IMG/VR virus record: IMGVR_UViG_3300032236_001771
Location: 1 to 36,076 of that record
Length of the DNA stretch: 36,076 nt
Reading direction: 5' to 3' (one strand)
Origin: a virus
This document shows, one piece after another, positions 16,839-29,400 of this stretch. The notes under the pieces are model-generated. The model was not told the DNA's origin. It searched no databases and worked only from the letters and a program-made list of their open reading frames with translations. The translations under genes were made by a program, and so were the position numbers. The first letter of the stretch is position 1; every line of letters begins with the position of its first letter.

Positions 16839-19800
16839 ATGGTTAATACTAAGAATTTAATTTCAACTAATGTAGGAAGTCAAATCCCAAGTTTTATTGT
16901 GGATGAATATCCGCTGTTTGTGGATTTTATTCAAACATATTATCAAGGATTAGAAACTTTAGGACAACCATTAGACTTAGTTAATAATTTTTTAAATTAT
17001 ATAGATGTTGATAATTTAGAAACAGAAATAAAAACATCTTGTATTTTAAAAGCAGATTTGGATGAAGTATCTACTACTATTTTTGTTGATGATACTAATG
17101 GATTTCCAAATACTGATGGATTATTACAAATTGATAGTGAAATTATTTTATATAAATCTAAAACTTCAAATTCTTTTTTAAAATGTAAAAGAGGAGTTTC
17201 TGGAGTAACAAATATTCAAAATGAATTTCAATATTCATATAGTAGTAGCAATTCTCATAATTCCAATTCACAAGTAATAAATTTAAGTTACTTATTTTTA
17301 TTATATCTATCATCAAAAATACAATCAGAATATTTACCATATTTTACACAATCTTTTGCTGAAGGGTTAAATTTATCAACATTTATAAAAAACATAAAAC
17401 AATTTTATAATTATAAAGGAACTACTAAATCTTTTGATTTTGTAATTAGATCCCTTTTTAATGTAAAAAATGAGACAATTTATCCCAGAGATAGATTATT
17501 TAAATCTTCAGATTCTATTTTTTATTCTCCTTTGTTAATCAGATGCTTTCCTATATCTGGAGATATAAATGAATTAGTTGGGCAACAATTATATCAAAGT
17601 AAAATAAATTTAGATCCTGCTAATCCAGGAACATTTGAATTAATTTCTTATGCAGTTACTTCAGTAAAAAAAACTTTTACATCTGATCAAGAAATTTATG
17701 AACTTTATGTTGATAAAACAAATTCCCCAATAAATTTAATTATTCCACCAAAAACAAAATTAATTTCTCCTTTAAATATAAATGATACAATAATTACTGT
17801 AGATTCAACAATTGGATTTCCAGAAACTAATGGTTATTTAAAAATTAATAATGAATATATCTATTATAAAGAAAAAACATTAAATCAATTTTTAGGTTGC
17901 ACTAGAGGTTATTATAATACTACACAATATTCATATGCAGTAAGTACTGAAGTATTAACTACATTTTTATTATATGGTAATTCTAATTTAAATTCAAACA
18001 ATAAAATTTATATTAATGTATTAGGAGTAGTATCATCTCTTAATATTGCAGATTATGGATTAAATTATAATATTGGAGATAACATAGAAGTATCTGATTT
18101 AGGATTAAATTCTGATAGTATTAATGTAAATTCTTGGATTTTTAATGCCCCAAGGATTATTGATGCAACTAATGTAAATAATGGTTCAATTTATACTATA
18201 ACCACAAATTATCCACATTATCTTAATGTTGGTGATAATATTTTAGTATATCCAACAAATTCAACAATACCTGTAAGTGCAACAGTATTATCAAAACTTA
18301 ATAATGTTCAAATTACAACTACACAAATACCAACAAATATTTCAAAAATTCAAATAAATTATAAATTTGCATTAGACTCTTTAAATCCTACAGATGTAAT
18401 CAATGTATATTCAAACGAAAATTCCATTTATGTTGCATCTTCAGGAATTCCATCACATCAAATTGGTACTGGATTTACTATTGGAAATCAACGACATTTA
18501 AAAAAAATACCAAAACAAGTATTAACTTCTACAGAAAATTTATCTATTGGTACAAAAGATATTGGAATATTTGTAAATGGAGTTACTGCACAATCATTTA
18601 TAAGCAATCAAAATCTTTATTATGGTGAATTGAAAAAAATTCAAGTTATTAATCAAGGTAAAGATTATGGTGTTGGTGTTAGTGGCGGTCCAATAATTCA
18701 AATTACTCCGACAACAATAAATGGAATTAGTACTGGAATAACTACAACTGCTTCTTCTTTAGTTAATGGTAGAGTTGTTGCAGCACACGTTATTAATGGA
18801 GGAACTGGATATACTCATTCATCTGTAGCTCAAATTGTAGGGAGCAATGGTGATGGAGCTAGTATTGATTTAGTAATAAAAAATGGAGTAATAACTGAAG
18901 CAGTAGTTATTAATCCTGGATCTGGATATAATTTTTTACCTACCGTTAATATTACAGGTTCAACTGGAACTGGAGCAAGTATTAAATTAGATGTATCAGG
19001 TCCAATTACTGAAGTATTTAACATTAATGATGGATTGATTTATGATTTATCAATTGGATTGAGAAATAATCCAAATTTTAATTTAATTGTTGGTAGAGAT
19101 AAGGTAGAAATTTATACACAAACATATTCAGATTTTATTAATGTTAATTATGATGAAGTTTTAAATAGTAGATATCTTAATATTTTTACACGAGGAACTG
19201 GAGCTACTAATTACCCAAAAGAATATTTAATTTCTACAGGTACAACTAATATTTATTCAGATCTTCCTGTCATTTCTACATTTAGTGGTAGTGGAGCAAT
19301 TGCATATCCAATAATTGATAATGGGCAAATAGTAAATGTTGTTGTTGGTGATTATGGATACGGTTATACTTGTACTCCAAAAGTTATTATTAATGATTCT
19401 ACTGGTAATGGTGCCGGGGCAGAAATAACTGCTAATGTTGTTGATCAAAAAATAGTTTCATATACAGTATTACAAAAAGGAGCAGGATATAGCAAAGAAA
19501 ATACATCAATTAGTGTAGTATCTTCTGGAGAAAATGCAGAATTTATTCCTATAATTAAAAATTGGAATAAAGATTCAGTAAATTTAAATAAATCCAATTT
19601 AGATAGTTCAAATGGTTATATTTTTAATTCTGAAAATATACGTTATGGAAAAAAATATAGTTATTTTGGATCTCCTAAAAGATTAAGATATCAATTATCA
19701 GATAACATTAATATAGATTTAACAGAAAAAACTATTGGTATATCTCATTCAAAAATTATTGGATGGGCATATGATGGAAATCCAATTTATGGTCCTTATG

Positions 19801-22800
19801 GATTTGCTAACACAAATGGAACCGGTTCTATTGTTAGAATGACAAGCAAGTATACATTAAATTCAAATAGAACAAATGGACCAAATATTAACGATTATCC
19901 TTTAGGTAGTTTTATTGAAGATTATACTGCAAATAATACGCAAGCATCTTTAGATGAACATAATGGAAGATTTTGTGTTACACCAGAATTTCCAAATGGT
20001 ACTTATGCTTATTTTACAACAATAAATTCTGATGGTAATTTAGCATTTCCATATATTACAGGTAAAACATATTATTCAATTCCAGAAAAATATAATTTTG
20101 AAATTTCTAATCAAAGTAATTTACCTGAAAATGTTGTAAGATACACATTGCCTTATAAAAATATTGGATATGATTATTTTCCATCTATATTAAATAAACC
20201 AACAATTACAGTAAAAGATATTGAATATAATTCTACATCATCTATTACTGGAACAAAAATATTATATGGTGGTAATAATTATTCTGTTGGTGATAAATTA
20301 ATTTTTAATAGTAATGATACTGAAGGATATGGAGTATCTGGTATAGTTTCATCAGTTGGGGCTGGAGGCAGTATAACTGATATTACAATTTTAACAAGTG
20401 GATCTTTTTATACAGAACTTCCATCAATAACAGTGTCATCAGTTTCTGGACAAGATGCTGATATTGTATCAACGTCAAATGTTATAGGAAAAGCAAAAAC
20501 AATAGAAATATCAGATATTGGATATGGTTTACCGGTTGATTATACTTTAAAACCAAATTTAATTTTTCCAACAGTATTAGAATTAAAAAAAACATACTCA
20601 ATTTATAATTTTATTGTAACAAATCCAGGAAAAGATTATCTTTATTCTCCTACTGTATTATTAACTGGTGGTGATGGTATAGGTGCTACAGCAGAAGCAG
20701 AAACAAATAATGGATTAATTACAAAATTAAATGTAATTAATCCCGGATATGGATATTCTTATCCACCTACAGTAAACATTGGAAAATCATATCCATGTAA
20801 TGTAAATACTTTTACATCTGCATTAGAATTTAATTTTGATGTAACTAATATATTTTCTACTGGGGATGTTATAACTTTTTATGGTACGACTTTATTTAAA
20901 ATTAATGGGTCATTAACTCCAATAAATTCAAATACAAATTTTTATGTAATAGTTTTACCAGATAATCCATATATTTTGAAAGTTGCTACAAGTTTAGTTG
21001 AGGCAAATTCTAATCAATTTTTAACTTTTGATACTTCTGGTTCAAATATTAAAATTATTTCTTATAAAAATTTAGCAACAGCAAAAGCTGTTTTAAAAAT
21101 TAATGATTTTTATAATGGAGAAAAAATAATTCAAACTGACGGAATTTCAATTACTGCTAGTGCAACGGTTTTAAAACTTAATGGTTGGAAAAAAAATCAA
21201 AAAATATTAAAAGTACAAAATGTAATTGGATATTTTAATAAAACAAACCCAATTGAAGGATTATTGTCTAAATCTAAAATGTATGTAGACAATGTATATT
21301 ATGGGTTTGGTGACTTACAAGTTTCTTCTTTTGGACAAAATGTGGGGCAATTTTTAAATGATACTGGAACTTTAAGTAATGCATCTCAAGTTACTATTGA
21401 TAGTAACTATTATCAAAATTATTCTTATGTTTTAAAAAATTCTATAGATTATAAAAAATGGATATCTCCATTAAAATCAATAACACATCCATCTGGATTT
21501 GGAGTATTTGGAGAAAAAACAATTTATAATAGTATTTCTACTGGATTAAGTGTTATATCAAATGTAAAAATAGGATTGACACACAATATTTACAATAAAT
21601 TAAATTTAAATGAATATAAAAATTATGCGATTTGTGATCCAGACTATAACACCAATATTGTCAATATACTTAATAGAAAATTAATATCTTATGAAAAAAT
21701 TAAAACATCTTTAGTTCAAAGATTTGATAATATTGGAAATGGAACAACATCTTATGTTGGTTCTGGATTTACTTATTCAATTCCAAATCAATATGTGTCT
21801 ATTGTACAAAAAGATGACATTGATGTTTACGTTAATAATACATTAACTTCTCCATCTACTTGGAGTGTTGTTTATAACACTAATGGTGCAGGAACAACAA
21901 TAATATCAGCAAATGTAGTTTTTAAATCTGTATCATATAATTCAAATAATATAATAAATCTTGTATTTAAGGGACTTAAATTTGACGGAAACACTACATT
22001 ATTTGATTTGTCAATTAGTAATAATTATTCATTACCAAATTTTATTGATTCTCAAGCAGCTTTTTATGTAAATGGGGTTCTTCAAAATACAACAACATAT
22101 AGTTTAAATGGTGTTGGGTCACAAATTTCTGTAGTATTTAATGGATCTAATTTATTTTTTGATGATAATGAAATTAGAATTTTTACTTTACCTACTGTTG
22201 GAATTGGGCAATCTGTTTTTACTGGAACTGGAGCAAGTATTTATTCTGTAGGAAATCAAATTTCAAATTTAACATCTATGGTTATGATAGATGGAGTTCC
22301 TCAAAATATTAATTCTTATTCAATTTCTTCAAATAACATAACATTTACAGAAAATGTATCAAACAATTCACAAATTTATGTAAGAGATTTTACTAATAAT
22401 TTATCATTTAAACAACAAATAGTAACAGTATCTTCTGGACAAACTTTTTCAACTTCATCACAAATTCAAAATAAAGAAAAATGTTTGGTATTTATTGATG
22501 GTATCATAATTAATCCTAATAATTACACAGTAGCTACAAATTCTATAATTTTTTCAAATAATGTTGATTCTGGAAGTAATATTAACATATATGATTTTTC
22601 ATCAACATCAAATATAAATTATGAAAGATTTATTTCAAATGATATTTTAAATAGCATTAATATTAAAAACGGCATACATACGCTTTCTACAAATAATGGA
22701 ATAAAAACATATTATTTGAATAATATAACTGGATATCCAAATGAAAATTATATTATTATTTTAAATGATGTATTGCAAATTCCAGGTTATTTTTTTGCAT

Positions 22801-24929
22801 ATAATATAACGTCAAATATTAATAGACAATTATTATTTACAGAACCTCCAAAACCAAGATCTACTTTTATAGGATTTTTATATAACCGAACAAATCCATA
22901 TAATAATGCAATATTAAATGATTTTTCAAAATCTTATTTACAATATTCCAATTATACTGGAAATGACGTTGTAATTAATGACATTATACAAGAAGAAAGT
23001 ACTGGTTTAATTTCTACAGTAAAAGGATTTAATAAATCAACAAATACAATAGTTTTTTCAAATATTGGAATTGGAAATACTTTTGGTGTTGGAACTACTT
23101 TAGTTGGAGGATTAGGAACAGCAACTACAACACCAATTTATACAACAATTATTGGCTCTGGAATTACTGTTGGAAGTTTAACAGTTTCTGTTGGATCTAC
23201 AGCAAATTTTTTACGTAATGATTATGCTATTATTAACAATAGTGAAGTTGTAAAAATTAATAATATTTCTAACAATTCTTTTGGAATTATTAGAGGAAGA
23301 TTAAATACAACTGCAAAATTTTATCCAATAAATTCTATTATTTCTAAAATAATTCCTTGTAAATTTACTACAACTAATGTTTATACTGGATTTAATGGTA
23401 ATAAATTAAATTACTCTATGTCTACGGGAGCATCTACTTTAGATTACACAAATCAAGATAAGTATGCTTTAAATTATGGTGCAGGAATTACACAATTTTC
23501 TTTACCATCAAGTCAAATTGATATTTATGGTAAAGATGAACAACAAAGTTTATTATCAATAATTGATGGAGTTGTTCAACTCTGTCAATCTGGATCTGGT
23601 TCAAGTGCATTTTCTGGATCATTTTATTTAAATAATAATAATTTTATTTTTAATGACTCATTAGATGCTCCTGTAGATAATTCTACTTTTTATGCAAGAT
23701 ATTTTGGTAAATTAAGAAGATTAAAAGATATAAGTTATTTGTTTAATGGCAATAAATATTCTTTTCAAATGAATATTGGCACTAATAATGAAAATATTCC
23801 ATATTCTTTAGAATCACCAAATGGAAATCCATCAAATAATTTATTAATTTTTATTGATGGTATATTACAAGAACCTAATAAATCTTTTCAAATAATTGGT
23901 AGTTCTATTAATTTTAGTAGTGCCCCACAACCAAATTCTAAATTTGTTGGTTATGTTTATATTGGTTCTAATTCAGATGTTGAGTCTGTTAATATAACAA
24001 ATGATATAGAAAACAATGATACTATAGTAATTGATGATGAAATTAATTCAAGAAATATTATTGCAATAAATTCATCATCTTCTTTAGCTACAAATTCTTA
24101 TACTAGTGATATTAAAGGAATAGGTGCAGTAGCAACACCATTAATAACTAATGGAAAAATAACAAGCATTATTATAAATTCTGGTGGAATTGGATATGAT
24201 AAACCACCTTTAATTTGGATTTCTGGTTCTATTGGATATGGAGCGCAAGCTTATGCAAAAATCAATAATGGTTCTGTAACGGAAATAATTGTTACTAATC
24301 AAGGAATTAATTATGATCAAAATTATCCTCCGTTAATAATATTTGGAAAAAATTTATCTTTATCAAAAATTGAAAAAAATAGAAATCAATATTCAGTTGA
24401 TTTTAAAAATAATATTAAAACAAATTCATCAATATCTTCAAATACAACTAGTATACCATTATCAAACATTAATAATTTACCTTCTTCAGGAACTGCTTTA
24501 CTTGTTGATTCTTCTAGAGATTATCCAGTAATAGAAAAAATTAGTTATGGGTCATTAAATTATTCAAATAATTCTTTAACTAGTTGTGTTAGAAATTTAA
24601 ATATAAATTTTAATAAAATTTTCTTAACTACTCCAATATCTTTATCTTTACCAATATCTATTGGAAGTGTATTTAAACCTGGAGATGTTATATCTTTAGG
24701 CACTGGTTCTTCAACAAAATCTGCAACAATTATTTCTATTGGTTCAGGTATGTCTGTACAATATGGTACAGGAAGTTCTTTATTGTTTGTAAATAATTTT
24801 ACAACTAATACATTTTCATATGGAGATGTAATACAAGATAATAATGGAAATAGTTATAGAATTATAAATCCTAATTTTATTGATACGTATTATACATATT
24901 CATCCAATATTGATGTAATCGTTTTTTAA
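16839..24929 (+). CDS. gp7: Baseplate wedge initiator, cyanophage-type expanded gp7 (2696 aa)
   Basis: N-terminal SQIPSFIVDEYPLFVDFIQTYY and IKNIKQFY.YKGT..S; DSNYYQNYSY...HPSGF.VFG; many I.V.N.G.GY repeats and FIDG..Q.P repeats; located upstream of gp8. Confidence 0.8.
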   Translation: MVNTKNLISTNVGSQIPSFIVDEYPLFVDFIQTYYQGLETLGQPLDLVNNFLNYIDVDNLETEIKTSCILKADLDEVSTTIFVDDTNGFPNTDGLLQIDSEIILYKSKTSNSFLKCKRGVSGVTNIQNEFQYSYSSSNSHNSNSQVINLSYLFLLYLSSKIQSEYLPYFTQSFAEGLNLSTFIKNIKQFYNYKGTTKSFDFVIRSLFNVKNETIYPRDRLFKSSDSIFYSPLLIRCFPISGDINELVGQQLYQSKINLDPANPGTFELISYAVTSVKKTFTSDQEIYELYVDKTNSPINLIIPPKTKLISPLNINDTIITVDSTIGFPETNGYLKINNEYIYYKEKTLNQFLGCTRGYYNTTQYSYAVSTEVLTTFLLYGNSNLNSNNKIYINVLGVVSSLNIADYGLNYNIGDNIEVSDLGLNSDSINVNSWIFNAPRIIDATNVNNGSIYTITTNYPHYLNVGDNILVYPTNSTIPVSATVLSKLNNVQITTTQIPTNISKIQINYKFALDSLNPTDVINVYSNENSIYVASSGIPSHQIGTGFTIGNQRHLKKIPKQVLTSTENLSIGTKDIGIFVNGVTAQSFISNQNLYYGELKKIQVINQGKDYGVGVSGGPIIQITPTTINGISTGITTTASSLVNGRVVAAHVINGGTGYTHSSVAQIVGSNGDGASIDLVIKNGVITEAVVINPGSGYNFLPTVNITGSTGTGASIKLDVSGPITEVFNINDGLIYDLSIGLRNNPNFNLIVGRDKVEIYTQTYSDFINVNYDEVLNSRYLNIFTRGTGATNYPKEYLISTGTTNIYSDLPVISTFSGSGAIAYPIIDNGQIVNVVVGDYGYGYTCTPKVIINDSTGNGAGAEITANVVDQKIVSYTVLQKGAGYSKENTSISVVSSGENAEFIPIIKNWNKDSVNLNKSNLDSSNGYIFNSENIRYGKKYSYFGSPKRLRYQLSDNINIDLTEKTIGISHSKIIGWAYDGNPIYGPYGFANTNGTGSIVRMTSKYTLNSNRTNGPNINDYPLGSFIEDYTANNTQASLDEHNGRFCVTPEFPNGTYAYFTTINSDGNLAFPYITGKTYYSIPEKYNFEISNQSNLPENVVRYTLPYKNIGYDYFPSILNKPTITVKDIEYNSTSSITGTKILYGGNNYSVGDKLIFNSNDTEGYGVSGIVSSVGAGGSITDITILTSGSFYTELPSITVSSVSGQDADIVSTSNVIGKAKTIEISDIGYGLPVDYTLKPNLIFPTVLELKKTYSIYNFIVTNPGKDYLYSPTVLLTGGDGIGATAEAETNNGLITKLNVINPGYGYSYPPTVNIGKSYPCNVNTFTSALEFNFDVTNIFSTGDVITFYGTTLFKINGSLTPINSNTNFYVIVLPDNPYILKVATSLVEANSNQFLTFDTSGSNIKIISYKNLATAKAVLKINDFYNGEKIIQTDGISITASATVLKLNGWKKNQKILKVQNVIGYFNKTNPIEGLLSKSKMYVDNVYYGFGDLQVSSFGQNVGQFLNDTGTLSNASQVTIDSNYYQNYSYVLKNSIDYKKWISPLKSITHPSGFGVFGEKTIYNSISTGLSVISNVKIGLTHNIYNKLNLNEYKNYAICDPDYNTNIVNILNRKLISYEKIKTSLVQRFDNIGNGTTSYVGSGFTYSIPNQYVSIVQKDDIDVYVNNTLTSPSTWSVVYNTNGAGTTIISANVVFKSVSYNSNNIINLVFKGLKFDGNTTLFDLSISNNYSLPNFIDSQAAFYVNGVLQNTTTYSLNGVGSQISVVFNGSNLFFDDNEIRIFTLPTVGIGQSVFTGTGASIYSVGNQISNLTSMVMIDGVPQNINSYSISSNNITFTENVSNNSQIYVRDFTNNLSFKQQIVTVSSGQTFSTSSQIQNKEKCLVFIDGIIINPNNYTVATNSIIFSNNVDSGSNINIYDFSSTSNINYERFISNDILNSINIKNGIHTLSTNNGIKTYYLNNITGYPNENYIIILNDVLQIPGYFFAYNITSNINRQLLFTEPPKPRSTFIGFLYNRTNPYNNAILNDFSKSYLQYSNYTGNDVVINDIIQEESTGLISTVKGFNKSTNTIVFSNIGIGNTFGVGTTLVGGLGTATTTPIYTTIIGSGITVGSLTVSVGSTANFLRNDYAIINNSEVVKINNISNNSFGIIRGRLNTTAKFYPINSIISKIIPCKFTTTNVYTGFNGNKLNYSMSTGASTLDYTNQDKYALNYGAGITQFSLPSSQIDIYGKDEQQSLLSIIDGVVQLCQSGSGSSAFSGSFYLNNNNFIFNDSLDAPVDNSTFYARYFGKLRRLKDISYLFNGNKYSFQMNIGTNNENIPYSLESPNGNPSNNLLIFIDGILQEPNKSFQIIGSSINFSSAPQPNSKFVGYVYIGSNSDVESVNITNDIENNDTIVIDDEINSRNIIAINSSSSLATNSYTSDIKGIGAVATPLITNGKITSIIINSGGIGYDKPPLIWISGSIGYGAQAYAKINNGSVTEIIVTNQGINYDQNYPPLIIFGKNLSLSKIEKNRNQYSVDFKNNIKTNSSISSNTTSIPLSNINNLPSSGTALLVDSSRDYPVIEKISYGSLNYSNNSLTSCVRNLNINFNKIFLTTPISLSLPISIGSVFKPGDVISLGTGSSTKSATIISIGSGMSVQYGTGSSLLFVNNFTTNTFSYGDVIQDNNGNSYRIINPNFIDTYYTYSSNIDVIVF

Positions 24930-24935
24930 ATACCA

Positions 24936-24943
24936 TATAAATA
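24936..24943 (+). promoter_or_regulatory. T4-type late promoter for gp8
   Basis: Exact TATAAATA in the 36-bp gp7-gp8 gap. Confidence 0.75.
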
Positions 24944-24965
24944 GGATAGAAATAAAAAATAAAAA

Positions 24966-26411
24966 ATGTCTGCTATTTTAACTGATCAATTTAGGTTGTT
25001 AAATTTACAAAATTTTATTAATAATATTTCTGCAAATAATTTTTATTTGTTTGTTAGTAGAAATATTCCATGGGATAATGAAAATATTCCCCCATCACCA
25101 ATTGATAATTATCAATACTATAATGATATTTACAGTAATATTATAGCTTTAAAAAAATTAACTTCTGCTGATTTTTCTCCAGTTATTAAAAGAGTTAATT
25201 GGACTTCTGGAACTGTTTATAGTATGTATCGTCCAAATTATACTACTGGTAATACAGAATATATTAATCAATCAAATACAAATTATAGATATCCACCAAC
25301 ATTAACTAGTGATGGATATTCCGATCTATTTTATGGATCAAATTTTTATGTAATGAATGAATTTTATCAAGTTTATAAATGTTTATATAATGGACAATCT
25401 CCAGATAATCCTAGTGGAGTTGCATCAATAGTAGAACCAACTGGAAATAGCACAACATCAATAAAAACTAGTGACGGATATATTTGGAAATATCTTTATA
25501 CTATTCCAACTTCATATATTTTAAAATTTTTAAACGACTATTATATGCCTGTTCCATATCCAGGTACAGGATTTCCTCAAGAAACAGCAGTTACATCAAA
25601 TGCTATTCCTGGAGCAATAGAATCAGTAGTAGTTAAAAATAAAGGACAAAATTATAATAATATATCAAAATTAGTTCAAGTTGATGGAGATTGGAATTCT
25701 AATTCTGGAACTAATGCTTCAGTAACAATTACGACTTCTGGAGGACAAATTTCTTCTGCTATTGTATCTGGAAAAGGTAGTAAATATACTTTTGGTAGTA
25801 TAACTTTACCAATAGAATTTGGTACTGGAACTAGTGGTTCTTTGGAAGTAATAATTTCTCCTAAAAATGGGCATGGTTATAATTCTTTTGAAGAATTAGG
25901 TGCTTATAAATTGATGATTAATTCTCAAATTTCATATAATCAAGATACACAATTTCCAATAGATTGTTCATATAGACAAATTGGATTATTAACAAATCCT
26001 TATAATTATGGAAGCACTACAATTTCAACTGGAAATTCTTTAGTTGGAACTAGTTCAATGACTTTTAGTTCTACAAATAATATAAATTTTGTATCCGGCG
26101 AAAATATAATACAAACTGTTGGATCGGGAACTACTGCATATGGTACAGTAGTTTCTTGGAATGGACAAACACAAGTATTAAAATACTATCAAGATAGATT
26201 TAATAATAGTTCAAGTTCCAATTTAATTTTATTTTCTGGGACAAATTCTGTTTTTGGTATTACTTCTGGTGCCATTGGCAATAGTCCCAATAATTATACT
26301 AATTCATCTATTGATAAAAATAGTGGCAAAATTCTTTTTATATCTAATGAGGAAGCCACTTATCGTTCTCCCAATCAAACAGAAAATATCAAACTAGTTA
26401 TAGAATTTTAA
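24966..26411 (+). CDS. gp8: Baseplate wedge subunit gp8
   Basis: MSAILTDQFR, PPSPIDN, NFYVMN..YQVYKCLYNG, TSDGYIWKYLYTI, ISPKNGHG...EELGA, C-terminal R..NQTENIKLVIEF. Confidence 0.92.
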   Translation: MSAILTDQFRLLNLQNFINNISANNFYLFVSRNIPWDNENIPPSPIDNYQYYNDIYSNIIALKKLTSADFSPVIKRVNWTSGTVYSMYRPNYTTGNTEYINQSNTNYRYPPTLTSDGYSDLFYGSNFYVMNEFYQVYKCLYNGQSPDNPSGVASIVEPTGNSTTSIKTSDGYIWKYLYTIPTSYILKFLNDYYMPVPYPGTGFPQETAVTSNAIPGAIESVVVKNKGQNYNNISKLVQVDGDWNSNSGTNASVTITTSGGQISSAIVSGKGSKYTFGSITLPIEFGTGTSGSLEVIISPKNGHGYNSFEELGAYKLMINSQISYNQDTQFPIDCSYRQIGLLTNPYNYGSTTISTGNSLVGTSSMTFSSTNNINFVSGENIIQTVGSGTTAYGTVVSWNGQTQVLKYYQDRFNNSSSSNLILFSGTNSVFGITSGAIGNSPNNYTNSSIDKNSGKILFISNEEATYRSPNQTENIKLVIEF

Positions 26412-26414
26412 CCC

Positions 26415-29400
26415 ATGCAAAACACCAATCTGAACACCAATCCATATTATGATGATTTTGATGTAAATAAAAATTTTTATAGAGTACTGTTTAGACCTGG
26501 ATATCCAGTACAGACTAGAGAATTGACTACATTACAGTCAATTCTTCAGAATCAAGTTGAAAATTTTGGAAGTAGCATTTATAAAGATGGTGCTATGATT
26601 ATTCCTGGTCAGATTGGATATGATTTAAATTATCATTCTATACAAATTAATCCATCTTTTAATGGAATTTCTGTAGAAAGATATAGAACTTCTTTAATTG
26701 GATTGACTATAACGGGAACTACTTCAAATGTTAGTGCTACAATTGTTGATACTTTATCTGCAATTGACCCAATTAATACTAGTGGAAATATTGTTTTATA
26801 TGTAAAATATACTAGTTCCAGTACCAATGATAACTCTTCTTCATATTTTGTTGATGGTGAAAATTTAATTGCAAATTCTCCTATTACTATTGGCACTACA
26901 GTAATTCCCATTACTTCGGCTTTTGCTTCAACAATAAGTTCAAATTCAACTGCAATTGGTTCTGCTGCTTATATTAATAATGGTGTTTATTATATCAGAG
27001 GATTTTTTATTAATGTTCAATCTCAAACTATAATATTAGATCCATTTGGAATAACACCATCATATAGAATTGGTCTTCAAGTACAAGAAAATATTGTTAC
27101 TCCAGAAGAAGATTCATCACTTTATGATAATTCTATTGGAACTTCTAATTATACTGCTCCAGGAGCACACAGGTTACAAATTAAAACAATATTAACAAAA
27201 AAACCAATTGATACTTTGGATACGTCCAATTTTATTGAATTGTTAAGACTACAATCAGGATATATACAATATTTTGTTAATAGAACTGCTTATTCTGAAT
27301 TAGAAAAAGAAATAGCAAGAAGAACATATGAAACTAATGGAGACTATGTTGTAGAACCATTTAAAGTCTCTCTTAGAGAAAGTTTAAATAATGGTATTAA
27401 TAATGGTGTTTATGGAGCAGGAATTTCTACTCAAGATGGTAATGTACCTTTAGAATCAAAATTAGCAGTTCAAGTATCACCAGGAACTGCATTTGTTCGT
27501 GGATATGAAATTCAAACTATTGGAACAAAATTTATAGATGCAGATAAACCAAGAAATTATACTACATTAATAAATCAAACGGCAACAAATACATTTGGAA
27601 ATTATATAGAAGTTGCATTGAATGATTTAGTCGGGTTATTTGATTTAACTACAAATGTAACTGAAATAAAATTTTACGATCAATATACAACAAGTAGACT
27701 TTCTGCACCAGGACCAACAATTGGTAGTGGTAGATTAGTAAATATTGAAAAATCTTTGTCAAATTTACCAGAAAATGGTATTGTATATAAATTATATTTA
27801 ATTGATATACAATTAAATACCGGAAAATTAATATCTGATATTAAATCATTAAGTTATTTAACATCATATGATGATGAAGATTCATATGCAAATTTAAATA
27901 TTTTAAATGATAGAATTAAACTTTCAGGCAATATAACGTATCCAGTTATAGTAAGTGGATCTACAGGAATTTTAACAGGAGTTCTTAGTAATTTTCAAAA
28001 TGAACTAAGAATTAATGATATTATTTTTGCACCTAGTTCTATTGATGGAAGTTTACAAAAATTTCAAATTCAAAATATAAACAACAATAATTCAGTATTA
28101 GTTAAAAATATTAGTGCTACAGATTCAATTGCTGGTTCATATGTTACTGAAGTAGCAAGATTAAGGATTGAAGAATCAGTTAATAATAAATTGATTACGG
28201 TTCTTTCAAAAAGTTATGCAAAATCTTTAACTGTTAATACTCTTCCAGTTAGATCACAGCAAAAAAATCTTCCGATTGTATCATATGGAAGTGGTTCTTC
28301 GGTAACTATATCTGCTCCTTCTGGATTTACTTTTACTAATATAAATGATATTATTGGATTTGATTCAAATCACACTCCAATTGCAATATTAGGTAGTTCT
28401 TTATATAATAATAACACAACATTGACTTTAAATTTATCTAATAATAATAGTGGTACTGCAGATGTTGCTTATAATTTGTATAAAACTTCTCCAGTAAGAA
28501 AAGAAAAAACACCAAATATTATGAAAATTTTGATGGTGGATAAAACAATTGGAACTGGCAATACTACAAATGGATTAACACAAAGTACTTCATTTATAGG
28601 AACTAGAGTTGAAGATTCTATAATATCTTTAGGAATTCCAGATGTTTATAAAATTCATTGTGTATTAGAATCCAATAATGGAAATGCACCAATAATTCCA
28701 AATTTTATCTATACTGTTGGCGCAGGAGTAACAAATAATTATATTATTGGAGAAACAATTACCGGTACATCAAGTAATGCTGTTGCTAAAGTAGTAAGTA
28801 TTGAAAAACAAAATAATACAAGTATTTTATATTTTGTTTATGTATCAACGAGTACTTTTACAAATAATGAAACAATAATTGGATATACTAGCAATATAAG
28901 CTCAACTATAAATGGTTTAAATAATGGAAGTTCTAATATAACTTCTAGATATACTTTAAATGATGGGCAAACAGATCAATTATATACATTTTCAACTATA
29001 ACAAGAGATTTATCAACTCCTGCACCAACTCACAAAATTTTTGTAATATTTGATTATTTTGAACATGGTATAACTGGTGATTTTTATAGCGTAAATTCTT
29101 ATTCAGGAATTGATTATAAAGATATTCCTTCATATAAAGGGATGTCTTTATCTAATGTAATTGATTACAGATATTCAGTAAATAAAACAGTTTTTGGTGT
29201 TGGTTCATATACAATACCATTTGTAAATAATAGTACCCAATCAGACGTTTTAAGTTTTAGTGCAAGATCTTCTGCCGGATTTAATACATTTAATATATTA
29301 AAAAGTGGTTATGATTGTATTTTTAATATTGATTATTATCTTGGAAGAATTGATAAATTAACTTTAACTTCAGCTGGAAATTTTGTATTAATTAAAGGAG

